Shown here one piece after another: positions 22,831 to 32,747 of a stretch of 64,000 bases of DNA. Positions within the stretch are counted from its first letter, which is position 1. Every line of letters starts with the position of its first letter. The stretch spans positions 23 through 64,022 of the forward strand of contig JAJDAZ010000001.1 of NCBI GenBank assembly GCA_029261595.1, written 5' to 3'. A program made the position numbers and the translations under genes. Origin of the DNA: Nitrospinaceae bacterium (GTDB taxonomy: Bacteria; Nitrospinota; Nitrospinia; Nitrospinales; VA-1). Below the pieces are notes generated by a model. It did no database searches. It worked only from the letters and a program-made list of their open reading frames with translations, and was not told the DNA's origin.

Positions 22831-24045
22831 ATGAGACAAAAGGCTCCAACCTCAAAAGAGTTGTGGGAAGATAATCTGGAGCAGGCCGCGTGCCTGGTGC
22901 AATCCAGCCAGACCTTTCTGTTCAGCGCAGATATCGATCCGGACTCGGTTGGCGCCATGTTGTCCCTCGCGTTGTATCTCAGGATCATGCAGAAGGAAGT
23001 TTATATCGTCATTTCCGGTGAGCTGGGTGACAACCTGGATCACCTGAAGAAAATGATCGAATACAACAAGATCCACATTCTCCGTAATGCCGATGAAATC
23101 GCCGGCGTCAAGGATGCGATCGATGCGGTCATTTTTTGTGATACGGCAAATACCAAACTGGTGCCGTTTTTTCCTTTTATCAAGGAACATCTGCTGTCGC
23201 GGGACATCCCCGTCATCGAAATCGACCACCACTTTGGTGCGGACAGTGAAAAACTGGCGGACCAGGCCTTGACGCTTTACCAAAAAACCAATGCCACAAC
23301 GGAGATCACCGGAGAACTGCTGAAAAAAATCCACCAGAAAAACCCCGACCTGCCCCATCCCTTCAATCAGAGGAATATCGTCATCAGTATTCTGACGGGT
23401 ATCCTGGGGGACACCATGGGTGGAAGGATGGTTCCTCACAAGCAAAACTACGTGCAATGGGTGGGAACCCTGGGCAATAAACTCAAAAGAAATACCCGGT
23501 GGCGAAAACCCAATGGAGTCCGCCCTGGAGATGACAGAAAAACCAAGTTCGGGAATCCCCAGCAGATCCAGGAATACCTGACCCGCCTTTCGGAGGAACA
23601 GGAGCTTTGCGTCAATACCCTGAAGAAACGAATGGTGGACGATGGCGATGTAGGATCGTTGAATCTGCTGAACTCCACTTATCCTGAAGTCCAGGATTAT
23701 TGCCGGCCTTACAATTCGCCCTGGTTCACCTATATTCTTGGTTTTCTGCTAAGTCAAATTTTCGATGCATCGACCACATCCACCAAAGTGGGTTTCCTGT
23801 ACTTTCATGGGAAAAATGCGGAAGACAAAGACTGCATTTATATTAAAATACGCCGGTCCGCCCATTATTCAGGAGTGGACCTTAGAACCACCGAGTGCCA
23901 CTTAAGAACCGTCTTCCAGGAAAAATACATGGGCGGAGGCGGACATCCCGACGCGGTCTCTTTTCGCGTTCACCCCCATGATGAAAACGAATTTCTCGCC
24001 AATTTCGATCAGGTGGTTTACGCCATCAAAAAAACCCTCGCTTAA
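22831..24045 (+). CDS. DHH/DHHA1-family phosphoesterase (NrnA-like)
   Basis: DPDSVGA motif, the IEIDHH motif and a C-terminal GGGHP (DHHA1) motif. Confidence 0.7.
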   Translation: MRQKAPTSKELWEDNLEQAACLVQSSQTFLFSADIDPDSVGAMLSLALYLRIMQKEVYIVISGELGDNLDHLKKMIEYNKIHILRNADEIAGVKDAIDAVIFCDTANTKLVPFFPFIKEHLLSRDIPVIEIDHHFGADSEKLADQALTLYQKTNATTEITGELLKKIHQKNPDLPHPFNQRNIVISILTGILGDTMGGRMVPHKQNYVQWVGTLGNKLKRNTRWRKPNGVRPGDDRKTKFGNPQQIQEYLTRLSEEQELCVNTLKKRMVDDGDVGSLNLLNSTYPEVQDYCRPYNSPWFTYILGFLLSQIFDASTTSTKVGFLYFHGKNAEDKDCIYIKIRRSAHYSGVDLRTTECHLRTVFQEKYMGGGGHPDAVSFRVHPHDENEFLANFDQVVYAIKKTLA

Positions 24046-24134
24046 CCCACCTGAGGCTGGACCCAGCGTAAACGTGCGATGGATTTATAAGCTGAAAAAT
24101 CCTGCTTCGTGCCGAATACTTTACCCTCCCCCTG

Positions 24135-25583
24135 CTAGCGATTTAAAATACGGCTGAAAACCAGGCGGTCAAATTCATTAAAAGTCCCAAGGGTCATGAG
24201 TCCGGCAAAATAAATCCCGACGCTCAAAAGAACGGCTGGAACCAAGGGCAGAGAATCCCATCCCACCAACAACAGAGCCATTGCCCCGGAGGCCAGTAAA
24301 GGCCGCCAGAGCAATGCAAACATTCCGGTTTTCCCGCAAATTTCCCGGACCTTTAAATAATAAGCCGAAAACACCAGCCCTTGAGTTAAAGTGGCGGCCC
24401 AGGCCGCGCCGGTCATGCCCCATTTCGGGATCAGAAAGAGGTTGAGCAGAACATTGATCACAGCCGCACCGCCTGCGATCCGCAACACGCTTTGTGTCTT
24501 GTTTTGCGACAACAAAAGGTAGGAAGCCAGGTCGTTCATACACAACAAAGGAAATCCCAGAGCCATGATCTTCAGCACCGGCCCCGCAATTTCAAAAGAA
24601 GCTCCGTAAAGCAGGCCGAGAATCCGTGGAGCCAGGAGGATCATGCCGATTGAAACAGGGATAGAGACCAGAAACATATAGCGGACGGTTTCTTTCCATA
24701 TTTTTTGATAATGATCGTTCCCCTCCTTGAAGGTTTTCGACAAAACGGGGAACACCCCGAAACGGATGCTGGCAATCAACCAGCCAAGCGTTTCAATCAA
24801 TTTAAACGCGGAAGAGTACCAGCCTGTCTCCAGTTTTCCGCGCAAGAAAAAAATCAGCACTGCATCGATGCGAAAATATATATAAGTGAACAGGATCAAA
24901 CCGCAGATGGGCAACGATCCCCTAAAAATCTCGCGCGCCAATTTGCGATCACGAACTTTTTTGCTCGGATCCTGACCGACGGTCATCTGTCGCTGTGTGA
25001 TGACGAAAATAATGAGCGCAACGAAAAGGAAGGCGCATGAGAAAAGGACCACATCCCCTCCCCAGAGCAACACCGCCAGTCCCAGAACAAAAAATAAAAT
25101 CCTTTGCGCTACCAGCAAAATGGACACGATTTTCATGCGCTCATAGGCGCGGAACACCGCCAGGTACATTTCGGTATATCCATTAGCCATCAGCGCCAAC
25201 CCGATAGCTGCTGCGGAGAAAGAACTTTCGTGTTCCATAGAAGCCGTCGACAATGCCATCGCCAACACCAGGACGATTATCAGGGACAGCTTCCATTTCA
25301 GGGAAAACACATTATGCAGATAGACGGCGGCCTTTTCCGGATGGCGGCTGACTTCCCGGGTCAAGTAGGTGCCAAGACCCGTATCGATGAACACGATAAA
25401 CGCACCGGTGGCGGCGAAGGCAAAACTGAAAATGCCGTACCCCTCTCCTCCCAGAAACCGCGCGGCAAAAACCTGGGTGATAAGAGCAACGACTTTGGAA
25501 AAGCCTTCGGCGGTAAACATCCAGATGGAATTTTTTACCAGTTTTTCCGCTTTATCGACTTTTTCTTTTATGGGTCCGTCCAT
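24135..25583 (-). CDS. Polysaccharide/oligosaccharide flippase (MOP/Wzx family)
   Basis: 482-aa protein with about 12-14 hydrophobic helices. The N-terminus (NSIWMFTAEGFSKVVALITQVFAARFLG) is typical of polysaccharide biosynthesis (Wzx-like) proteins. Confidence 0.7.
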   Translation of the reverse strand: MDGPIKEKVDKAEKLVKNSIWMFTAEGFSKVVALITQVFAARFLGGEGYGIFSFAFAATGAFIVFIDTGLGTYLTREVSRHPEKAAVYLHNVFSLKWKLSLIIVLVLAMALSTASMEHESSFSAAAIGLALMANGYTEMYLAVFRAYERMKIVSILLVAQRILFFVLGLAVLLWGGDVVLFSCAFLFVALIIFVITQRQMTVGQDPSKKVRDRKLAREIFRGSLPICGLILFTYIYFRIDAVLIFFLRGKLETGWYSSAFKLIETLGWLIASIRFGVFPVLSKTFKEGNDHYQKIWKETVRYMFLVSIPVSIGMILLAPRILGLLYGASFEIAGPVLKIMALGFPLLCMNDLASYLLLSQNKTQSVLRIAGGAAVINVLLNLFLIPKWGMTGAAWAATLTQGLVFSAYYLKVREICGKTGMFALLWRPLLASGAMALLLVGWDSLPLVPAVLLSVGIYFAGLMTLGTFNEFDRLVFSRILNR

Positions 25584-25635
25584 GGTTGCAAGGGTTGCCG
25601 TTTAAAGTGTCCCTGAAAAAATATTTTTTACACCA

Positions 25636-27246
25636 TCAGGGTTTTGACGGTTCAAGATAAATTCTCTTGATGTAAAGCAGTTCCATCGAGTTCATTTCGA
25701 ACCCTTTGACATGGGGTTTGACGAGCATGTTCTGTACCTGAATGAAAAGCGGAATCATCGCCGCATCGGTTGCGGTTAAAATCGTCTGCGCCTCGTCATA
25801 CAAGGCTTGTCTTTTTCCAGGATCGCGGATGACCGGGCCTTCGGCTACCAATCGGTCATAATGGGCATTGGCCCAATTGAGCCGATTGTTGCCGCTGGTG
25901 GAAATGAAAAGATTCATGAAATTATCCGGATCGGGGAAGTCCGCCCCCCAGCCCAACCGGAAAAGGGCGGGTGCGTCCATCTGCAACCGGCTGAGGAACA
26001 CTTTCCATTCCTGGCTTTCAAACTGGATGTCCACCTTGAGATGCTCCTTCCACTGGGCCTGCAAAAACTCGGCGATCAGCTGGTTGCGGCTTTCAGTGTT
26101 GAACATGGCCTGGGTTGCGGGAAACCCTTTTCCATCCGGGTACCCGGCTTCGGCCAGAAGTTTCAGCGCTTTTTCGGGATCGAACTTGAGCCCGATGTCC
26201 GCGTTGTACCCGAACATGCCTTTGGGAATCCATGAGGACGTCGGGATCTCGCCGCCTTTGAGGATGACCGGAATCCTGGAGCGGTCGATGGCATGGGAAA
26301 ACGCTTGACGGACCCGGACATCGTCGAAGGGAGGTTTTTGGACATTGAATCCGTAATAATAACCTCGAAGTTGCGGCCTGCTTTTATATTGCGGATCATT
26401 CTTGTAATGCGGAATGGCGACAGGAGGCAGTTCCAGAATATCCAACTCTCCGGTTTCAAACAGCGTCAAGGCGGTGGTCGGCTCTTCCACCACATACACC
26501 AGAACCCGGTCGATCGCCGGACGGCCTTCGTAATGCCGCTCATTGGCTTTTAAAACCAGTTTGTACTCGTGTTTCCATTCGGAAAGGATGAAAGGGCCGT
26601 TGGTCACGATGTGTTCCGGTTCGGTCCATCGTTCGCCGTGTTTTTTGATGACGTCCTCGCGCTGGGGAAACGTCACCATGAAGGTGGTGATGCTGGGAAA
26701 ATACACCACCGGTTTTTTCAGGTGGACTTTTAGCACCTGGGGTGAAACCGCCTCAACCCCCACTTTGGAAGGGTCGGTGATTTTGCCAGCGTTGAATTCG
26801 GCGGCGTTTTCCACATCAAAAAGAAAATAAGCGTACTGTGCGGCGGTCGCGGGGTCGAGCAGGCGTTTCCAGGAATACTCGAAATCATATGCAGTGACTT
26901 GTTTGCCGTCGCTCCAGAACACATCGTCGCGCAGATAAAAAGTGATGACCCGGCCTTCTTCGGAGAATTCCCAGCGTTTGGCCACTGCGGGGATGGGTTC
27001 CAGGTCGGCATTGTATTGGGTGAGCCCCTCCATGAGATTGGTGAGCAGGTTGAAGGAAATGCTGTCGGTGGCCAGCGACCAGTCCAGAGTGGGCGGCTCG
27101 GCTCTAACGGACATGCTGAAAGATCGGCCATTGTCGACACCGGCATCGGAGCATCCAGAAAGGAGCCCTGCAAGGAAAAATGAAGCAAATAAAAAAAAGT
27201 CGGAAACTATGCTTCGTTTTTTATAGAGGAGAAAGGGCGGCTTCAC
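25636..27246 (-). CDS. ABC transporter substrate-binding lipoprotein, family 5 (peptide/nickel, OppA/DppA-like)
   Basis: Lipobox (LLSGCS), SBP_bac_5-type length and motifs (ATDSISFNLLTNLMEGL, WSDGKQVTAYDF). No permease or ATPase genes are adjacent. Confidence 0.8.
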   Translation of the reverse strand: MKPPFLLYKKRSIVSDFFLFASFFLAGLLSGCSDAGVDNGRSFSMSVRAEPPTLDWSLATDSISFNLLTNLMEGLTQYNADLEPIPAVAKRWEFSEEGRVITFYLRDDVFWSDGKQVTAYDFEYSWKRLLDPATAAQYAYFLFDVENAAEFNAGKITDPSKVGVEAVSPQVLKVHLKKPVVYFPSITTFMVTFPQREDVIKKHGERWTEPEHIVTNGPFILSEWKHEYKLVLKANERHYEGRPAIDRVLVYVVEEPTTALTLFETGELDILELPPVAIPHYKNDPQYKSRPQLRGYYYGFNVQKPPFDDVRVRQAFSHAIDRSRIPVILKGGEIPTSSWIPKGMFGYNADIGLKFDPEKALKLLAEAGYPDGKGFPATQAMFNTESRNQLIAEFLQAQWKEHLKVDIQFESQEWKVFLSRLQMDAPALFRLGWGADFPDPDNFMNLFISTSGNNRLNWANAHYDRLVAEGPVIRDPGKRQALYDEAQTILTATDAAMIPLFIQVQNMLVKPHVKGFEMNSMELLYIKRIYLEPSKP

Positions 27247-27303
27247 GGGATTGGTTCGATCGATTCGGAAGAGAAGATGGGGTCCAGAGTCCGAATAAAA
27301 GGT

Positions 27304-28068
27304 TCACTTGAAAAATTGCGCTATGGCGCCATATTGTTCTTTTTTAAAACCTGGCAAATCACCTTCAAATTCCGTTTCGGTTTCGGCATATATTCGATCG
27401 ATTTTTTTTAATAGATGGGGTTCCAGGTTATTTATTATGTCCTCCTCCAAACCTTCGACATCAATTTTCAATATATCGATGGTTGCGTTTTTGCTCAGAA
27501 TATCCTGCACAACTTCATTGGCGTTTTTAACCTGAACTTCCACCTGGTTTTCAAATTCATTTTTATTCAATCCCCCATAACGCCCGGTGGATTCACATCC
27601 AAATGCGCCGGTTCCATTTTCAAGACCCACAGCCACCCCATCCAACTCATATCGATTTTCAAAACCGAGCAAATTACCCTTGAGCCTTTCAATATTTTTT
27701 GGAAGGGGTTCATACAAATAAACTTTTGCCTGGGTGTTCCGCGTTAAAAAATAAAGGGCGCTGATTCCAATGTTGGACCCAAAATCGACCACACAGGAGA
27801 TATCCTTGCCTGCGCGATAATCCAGTTTGCCAAAACATTCAACAGCTGTGATCATGTCGTCAGAACAAAACAGGGTCACCTTTTGATTTCCTATCGGGGT
27901 TCTAACAAGAATTGTTTTAGGGTAAGAGCCGGACCGAAAAAGGTATTCCAGAAAAACTCCCAGAGGACCATGAAAATTTCGAAAAATGTTTAAAAAGGCA
28001 ATGTAAAATTGCTTCTTGAAAAATGCGGTGAATATTCCTTTTTTTGTGCGGTGGTACATAGAATCCAA
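27304..28068 (-). CDS. FkbM-family SAM-dependent methyltransferase
   Basis: Motif I-like VVDFGSNIGISALYF, and a layout typical of FkbM-type methyltransferases found in glycan loci. Confidence 0.65.
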   Translation of the reverse strand: MDSMYHRTKKGIFTAFFKKQFYIAFLNIFRNFHGPLGVFLEYLFRSGSYPKTILVRTPIGNQKVTLFCSDDMITAVECFGKLDYRAGKDISCVVDFGSNIGISALYFLTRNTQAKVYLYEPLPKNIERLKGNLLGFENRYELDGVAVGLENGTGAFGCESTGRYGGLNKNEFENQVEVQVKNANEVVQDILSKNATIDILKIDVEGLEEDIINNLEPHLLKKIDRIYAETETEFEGDLPGFKKEQYGAIAQFFK

Positions 28069-28520
28069 TTTATATGTTTCGCAATTAATTTATCGACTGC
28101 CCAGAGATCGAGGGCAAAATGTTTTTCAGAATACCCATCGGCACCGGCTACTTACGGTGACTTTACCGCACTCTGTGCCTTCTTAAGTTTTTTATCCTTC
28201 AAGGGAACAGGAATACGGCATATGGAACATCAAAATGCGACCGGATAGTTTGGCAGATTTGTTCCCAGGCCTGATTAAACAGCCGTTTGACAATGAAAGA
28301 GAAATAGTAAATTATTGTTAATTATCGGCTTTAAGGTCCTAACTCAGAAAAGGTCGAAGCCTGTTTAATAGGTTTCTCGCTGAAACTCCAGGCGCCTGTT
28401 CTGCCATTTTCTCAGGGTTCTTGGAAAGGAATTAAGCTCTCCACCCTTCTAACATATTAATTCTTTACTTTTCAAGGGACATCGATAGAATAAAAACCTT
28501 TAACCCAATCTAGAAAATTC

Positions 28521-29186
28521 ATGGCAGACGATATCTCCTACATTCGTAAATGGTTGCGCAAGGGCATCAGCAAAGACGGGCTGACCCTCGATCTTTCTGG
28601 AAAAGGCATCCGCAATCCCGAGGCGTTGGAAATTGCCGAAAATATGGCGGTCCCCGATCTCGAAATTTTATATCTGCACACCAACAAAATTAAGGACATC
28701 GGGCTGGAGGAACTGGCCGGATCGGAACTATTTGAAACCCTTAAGGAATTGTGGTTGTACGAAAATCTGATCGGCAATGACGGGGCCCGGGCTTTGGCTG
28801 AATCCCCACAACTGACCGGATTAAAATACCTGAGTTTATACACCAATCGTATTGGTGACGAAGGCGCCGTGGCGCTGGCTCAATCCTCGGCGCTGGGCAA
28901 TCTGGAAACTCTGGATCTTTCGTTCAACCGGATTGGCGACAAGGGCGCGATCGCTTTTGCCAATTCCACCCATTTAAAAAGTTTAAAGGTTCTGCACCTG
29001 GACGCCAACCGCATTGGTTATGACGGCATGGTGGCATTTGCTCAGTCCACAGGACTTCCAAGTTTAACGACTCTCAACTTGACGTACAACAAAATCGAAC
29101 CTCAGGGCTTACAGCTCATGCAAGACTCGAAACGCTTGCAGGCCATGAACACTGTGAAGACGGATTTGCTTGTCGCTGATGACTGA
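28521..29186 (+). CDS. Leucine-rich repeat protein, ribonuclease-inhibitor (RI/RNI) subtype
   Basis: About 6 consecutive 28-aa repeats of the form LxxLxLxxNxIGDxGAxALAxS. No signal peptide is present. Confidence 0.8.
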   Translation: MADDISYIRKWLRKGISKDGLTLDLSGKGIRNPEALEIAENMAVPDLEILYLHTNKIKDIGLEELAGSELFETLKELWLYENLIGNDGARALAESPQLTGLKYLSLYTNRIGDEGAVALAQSSALGNLETLDLSFNRIGDKGAIAFANSTHLKSLKVLHLDANRIGYDGMVAFAQSTGLPSLTTLNLTYNKIEPQGLQLMQDSKRLQAMNTVKTDLLVADD

Positions 29187-29189
29187 TAC

Positions 29190-30668
29190 ATGAATTCAAA
29201 AAAACGAGATTTACACCTGGTTCGCCTCCTCAGGGGGAAAGTCGAACGCAGGGACCCTGTTCTCGACCTGAGGTATGAGCGCATCGGAGATGCCGGTGCC
29301 ATTTTGCTGGCGCGAAGTTTCGATCTTTCTGCGGTCACCCGGCTGGACTTGAGTTGGAATGAGCTGACTAGCCAGGGCCTCAAAGCTTTGGCGCAATGTT
29401 CCTCCCTGTCCAACCTGACTGCGCTGATTCTGGACGCCAATAAAATCGGCAACAGGGGAGCCAACGCTCTGGCCGAGTCTCCCAATTTAGCAAAACTGCA
29501 ATCCATCAGCTTGGTCAACAATCGAGTGAGCGATGAGGGAGCCCTCAATCTGATAAAATCGTCCTCCCTGGAAAACCTGCAAACGCTGGCTCTGGAGATG
29601 AATCACGTGGGCCGTTCCCGGCTGACAACATTTCCCGATGGCCCGGCCAACCCCGCGCTCAAACTACTGAACCTGAGACGCAATCAAATCGGCCCCATCA
29701 CCCTGACCGACTGGGTACAGACGGGAGCGTTCAGCCATTTGCGCCATTTGAACCTGGGATGGAACGGCATCCACGACCACGGAGCAAAAACCCTGGCCCA
29801 GGCCCCGACCCTAAATCGGGTTAAGGAGCTGATTCTTGATTCCAATTCTATTGGAAATGGGGGGGCACTGGCGTTAGCGGATTCTAAGCATCTGTCGAAT
29901 CTGACCGCCCTGTATATGCACGATAATGAATATACGGTTAAGGCGGAAACTGCGTTACAGGACATGCAGATCCGGCTTCTGGTGAAAAAAACCCTGTCAG
30001 GATCAGTTTTGAATCTCAACGAAAGCCGTCTCAACAATAAGGACCTGGAAGCTTTAGCCCGTTCGGAACAGCTAAAGGATGTGGAAACACTATCTCTTCG
30101 CGCCAACGATTTTGATCACCGGGGCCTTCGGGCGCTGACCGAATCCGGGGCGATGAAAAAGTTGAAATCCCTGAACCTGATGGACAACAAAATCGGCAAC
30201 AAAGGCGCGGTTCTTTTAGCGGAATCCCCAATATTGTCCCAATTGCAGCACCTCAATTTGGAAAAAGCGCGAATCACTTTTCCGGGATTCCTCGCGTTAG
30301 CCCGATCGAGCCAATTTGGGAAATTGGAAGAATTCATCATCAGCCTCAACGACATCACCGAAAAAGGCATTCATGTCCTGTCCACCTCCAAAAACTTTCA
30401 GCACCTCAAGAAATTGCGGGCGCTGGATATTTTTATGGGAGATCCGGGGGTTCAGTCCCTCGCACTTTCGGACCAACTCGGCAAACTGGAAGAACTGCAA
30501 GTGAATGGCAATGCAATTACCCGGACGGGCATTGAATCCTTAGCGTCTTCGCCAAACTTGTCATCGCTTAAGAAACTCGACCTGCGCCGAAACCCATTTA
30601 AAATGGAAGACATGCTTTTTCTGCAGGAGTCTTCCCATTTTAAAAAAATCCAAACGCTACGGTTTTAA
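29190..30668 (+). CDS. Leucine-rich repeat protein, ribonuclease-inhibitor (RI/RNI) subtype, about 15 repeats
   Basis: The same 28-aa repeat unit (NKIGNRGANALAESPNL..., NRVSDEGALNLIKSS...) runs through nearly the whole 492-aa protein. It starts 4 nt after the previous LRR gene. Confidence 0.8.
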   Translation: MNSKKRDLHLVRLLRGKVERRDPVLDLRYERIGDAGAILLARSFDLSAVTRLDLSWNELTSQGLKALAQCSSLSNLTALILDANKIGNRGANALAESPNLAKLQSISLVNNRVSDEGALNLIKSSSLENLQTLALEMNHVGRSRLTTFPDGPANPALKLLNLRRNQIGPITLTDWVQTGAFSHLRHLNLGWNGIHDHGAKTLAQAPTLNRVKELILDSNSIGNGGALALADSKHLSNLTALYMHDNEYTVKAETALQDMQIRLLVKKTLSGSVLNLNESRLNNKDLEALARSEQLKDVETLSLRANDFDHRGLRALTESGAMKKLKSLNLMDNKIGNKGAVLLAESPILSQLQHLNLEKARITFPGFLALARSSQFGKLEEFIISLNDITEKGIHVLSTSKNFQHLKKLRALDIFMGDPGVQSLALSDQLGKLEELQVNGNAITRTGIESLASSPNLSSLKKLDLRRNPFKMEDMLFLQESSHFKKIQTLRF

Positions 30669-30708
30669 TCTTTTGCGCCGTCCTTAGAAATGCCCATTTG
30701 GACTAATT

Positions 30709-30945
30709 TTAATCCCACCCCTTGGTTTTCATGCAGTACTCATAGATCTCCTGACGCTTGCGTTCCCAGGTGATGCTTGCCTTCCCAAAACCCCTGGCAG
30801 ACTGGTCCGCTTTTTTATCGCAGGCGACCCCGTCTAAAGCAAACTGTTTTTCTTCTTCAGCGGTTAATGTAGCCCTCTGAGGTGTGGATGAACAATTTGT
30901 CAGTAAAACTATAATGCCCGCAAATAGAATCCATTGACGAATCAT
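30709..30945 (-). CDS. Small lipoprotein, hypothetical
   Basis: Signal peptide plus lipobox (IIVLLTNCSS) in a 78-aa protein. Confidence 0.5.
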   Translation of the reverse strand: MIRQWILFAGIIVLLTNCSSTPQRATLTAEEEKQFALDGVACDKKADQSARGFGKASITWERKRQEIYEYCMKTKGWD

Positions 30946-31182
30946 TGTTCCCTCGAATTGGTTGAACGACGAATTAAAAAGCCCTTGCTCACTGGGTAAA
31001 TTAACACATTTGTGACTTGAGCATGATGGTCATGCGACTAAAGTTCGGTATGCTGAACTCAATGAGATTGAAAAAGTTCTTGACGTTTGTTTTATTAGCA
31101 GTTAAAAGTATGCATCCCTAAATACATTGAAAAACCAAGTGTTCGCATTCATGAACCAAGGTTGAAGAGAGGGGAATTTACC

Positions 31183-31560
31183 ATGACCAAACAATCAGTG
31201 GCTAAAACATTTTCTTTTGAGATCGTCATCACCCTGTTGATCACGGTGATCATCACCTTTTATTTTGCCTTCCCGCGCGCCGGCCAGGCAGAGGTTGAAA
31301 CAGCCGATTCACTGAGCCAAAAAGTGTTGACCCTTTACCATGCCGGAAACTATGAAGCCGCCTTCCCCATCGCCCGGAAAGTTTTACGGATTCGGGAAAA
31401 AACTCAGGGGCCGGAGCATTACGATGTGGCGGTGGCTCTGCAAACCCTTGCCGGACTTTATGAGGCGATGGGAGACACCACCCGGGCCGCGACTTTCGAC
31501 AAGCGAGCTCTGAAAATATTGGATAAAGATTTGGAACTCGAAACCCTGCCCGCGACCTGA
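31183..31560 (+). CDS. TPR-repeat protein (membrane anchored)
   Basis: N-terminal hydrophobic helix followed by TPR_10/12-like repeats (YHAGNYEAAFPIARKVLRIREKTQGPEHYDVAVALQTLAGLYEAMGD). I placed the start at the ATG (MTKQSV). Confidence 0.6.
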   Translation: MTKQSVAKTFSFEIVITLLITVIITFYFAFPRAGQAEVETADSLSQKVLTLYHAGNYEAAFPIARKVLRIREKTQGPEHYDVAVALQTLAGLYEAMGDTTRAATFDKRALKILDKDLELETLPAT

Positions 31561-31594
31561 AAATTTCATCAGGTTTGCCTTGTCGGCTGGAATA

Positions 31595-32227
31595 TTAGAG
31601 AACCCTGAAATATTTCTGTTGGAGGGAAGTTTCCAGCGGTTGAAACTTTTCCGGACAAATAAATAAAAAAATTTTGACGATGGATCGAGCGGACTCCATG
31701 ACATCCTCGATATGCAAATTCATTTTAGCGATCCGCTGATCAAAAACGGTTTTAAAATAAGACGCCACCGCCTGCTTTTGTTTTTCCTCTGATTCATACC
31801 TTAAATTAACCAGGCTCGCCAGTTCCCCTGAATCAACCCAGAACCCACCGCATTTCGCACATTGATACACTTCCACATCCCGTTCCCGGCTGAAAAAATG
31901 GCGCAACAAAAGCGAGGTTTTGCAGTGCGGACAAATGGCCTCGACATCGCGGAAAAACCGGACGCCCTCCGCCCTCGGGCCGTGCAATAGTCGTTCACCC
32001 GTGCCATGACTGTTTTCATCCAATTTTAATAACTCCAATCGATCGAACCACAATCCGCCGCACCCCTCCTGGCAGACCAGGACCCTGAGGCCTCCAGCCG
32101 AAATTTCACAAAGTTTTAAATCGCAGGACGGGCAGTTCATTTTTTGCTCTTTGAAACCAGGCGGCCGGGTTGATAAAACGGATTCTATGGCCCAGGTTGT
32201 TTTTTCATCATAAACAGGTATCATCAA
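31595..32227 (-). CDS. Zinc-ribbon (zf-TFIIB-like, two copies) domain protein
   Basis: Two CPxC...C..CgG.WfD units (CPSCDLKL...CQEGCGGLWFDRLEL and CPHCKTSL...CAKCGGFWVDSGEL). Confidence 0.6.
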   Translation of the reverse strand: MMIPVYDEKTTWAIESVLSTRPPGFKEQKMNCPSCDLKLCEISAGGLRVLVCQEGCGGLWFDRLELLKLDENSHGTGERLLHGPRAEGVRFFRDVEAICPHCKTSLLLRHFFSRERDVEVYQCAKCGGFWVDSGELASLVNLRYESEEKQKQAVASYFKTVFDQRIAKMNLHIEDVMESARSIVKIFLFICPEKFQPLETSLQQKYFRVL

Positions 32228-32277
32228 TTAAAGAATACTTATAAATCATTGAATGATTTTATCAGCGAGGCGAAGCA

Positions 32278-32709
32278 ATGAAAAAATCTTTTTACAATAT
32301 GCTCCTGTTAATTGTCACCGCAATAATATTGGCAACAGGTTGTGATAAGGGAACCACGACATCCGAAGGTGAAAAATCAGGGGAAAACGAGAAATCCATA
32401 GCGGCGGTCGGGAGTCTGGTGAACACAGGCGCTCTCACGGCTCCAGATACGGAACCGGGGGCGGCGGAAAATAATGAAGGCGTGGGCCACTTTAAAGAGG
32501 GTCATTGGAAGACATCCGTAAAACATTTCCAGGAAGCCATTGCGGCCGGCCCTAAACTGGCCGAGGCGCATTATAATTTAGCGCTGACACTCGACAAACT
32601 GGGCGACCATGGCGGAGCGACCCAGCATTTCAAAGAAGCACTGGACCTGGCGCCTGAGAACCCAAAAATCAAAGATTCCAAAATTCTGAAGGATCATCTA
32701 GGGATGTGA
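32278..32709 (+). CDS. TPR-repeat lipoprotein
   Basis: Lipobox (ILATGCDK). One or two TPR units (HWKTSVKHFQEAIAAGPKLAEAHYNLALTLDKLGDHGGATQHFKEALDLAP). Confidence 0.6.
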   Translation: MKKSFYNMLLLIVTAIILATGCDKGTTTSEGEKSGENEKSIAAVGSLVNTGALTAPDTEPGAAENNEGVGHFKEGHWKTSVKHFQEAIAAGPKLAEAHYNLALTLDKLGDHGGATQHFKEALDLAPENPKIKDSKILKDHLGM

Positions 32710-32747
32710 TCCGGTTTCTGTTTTTGGGCGCATTAAATTTGAAAATG

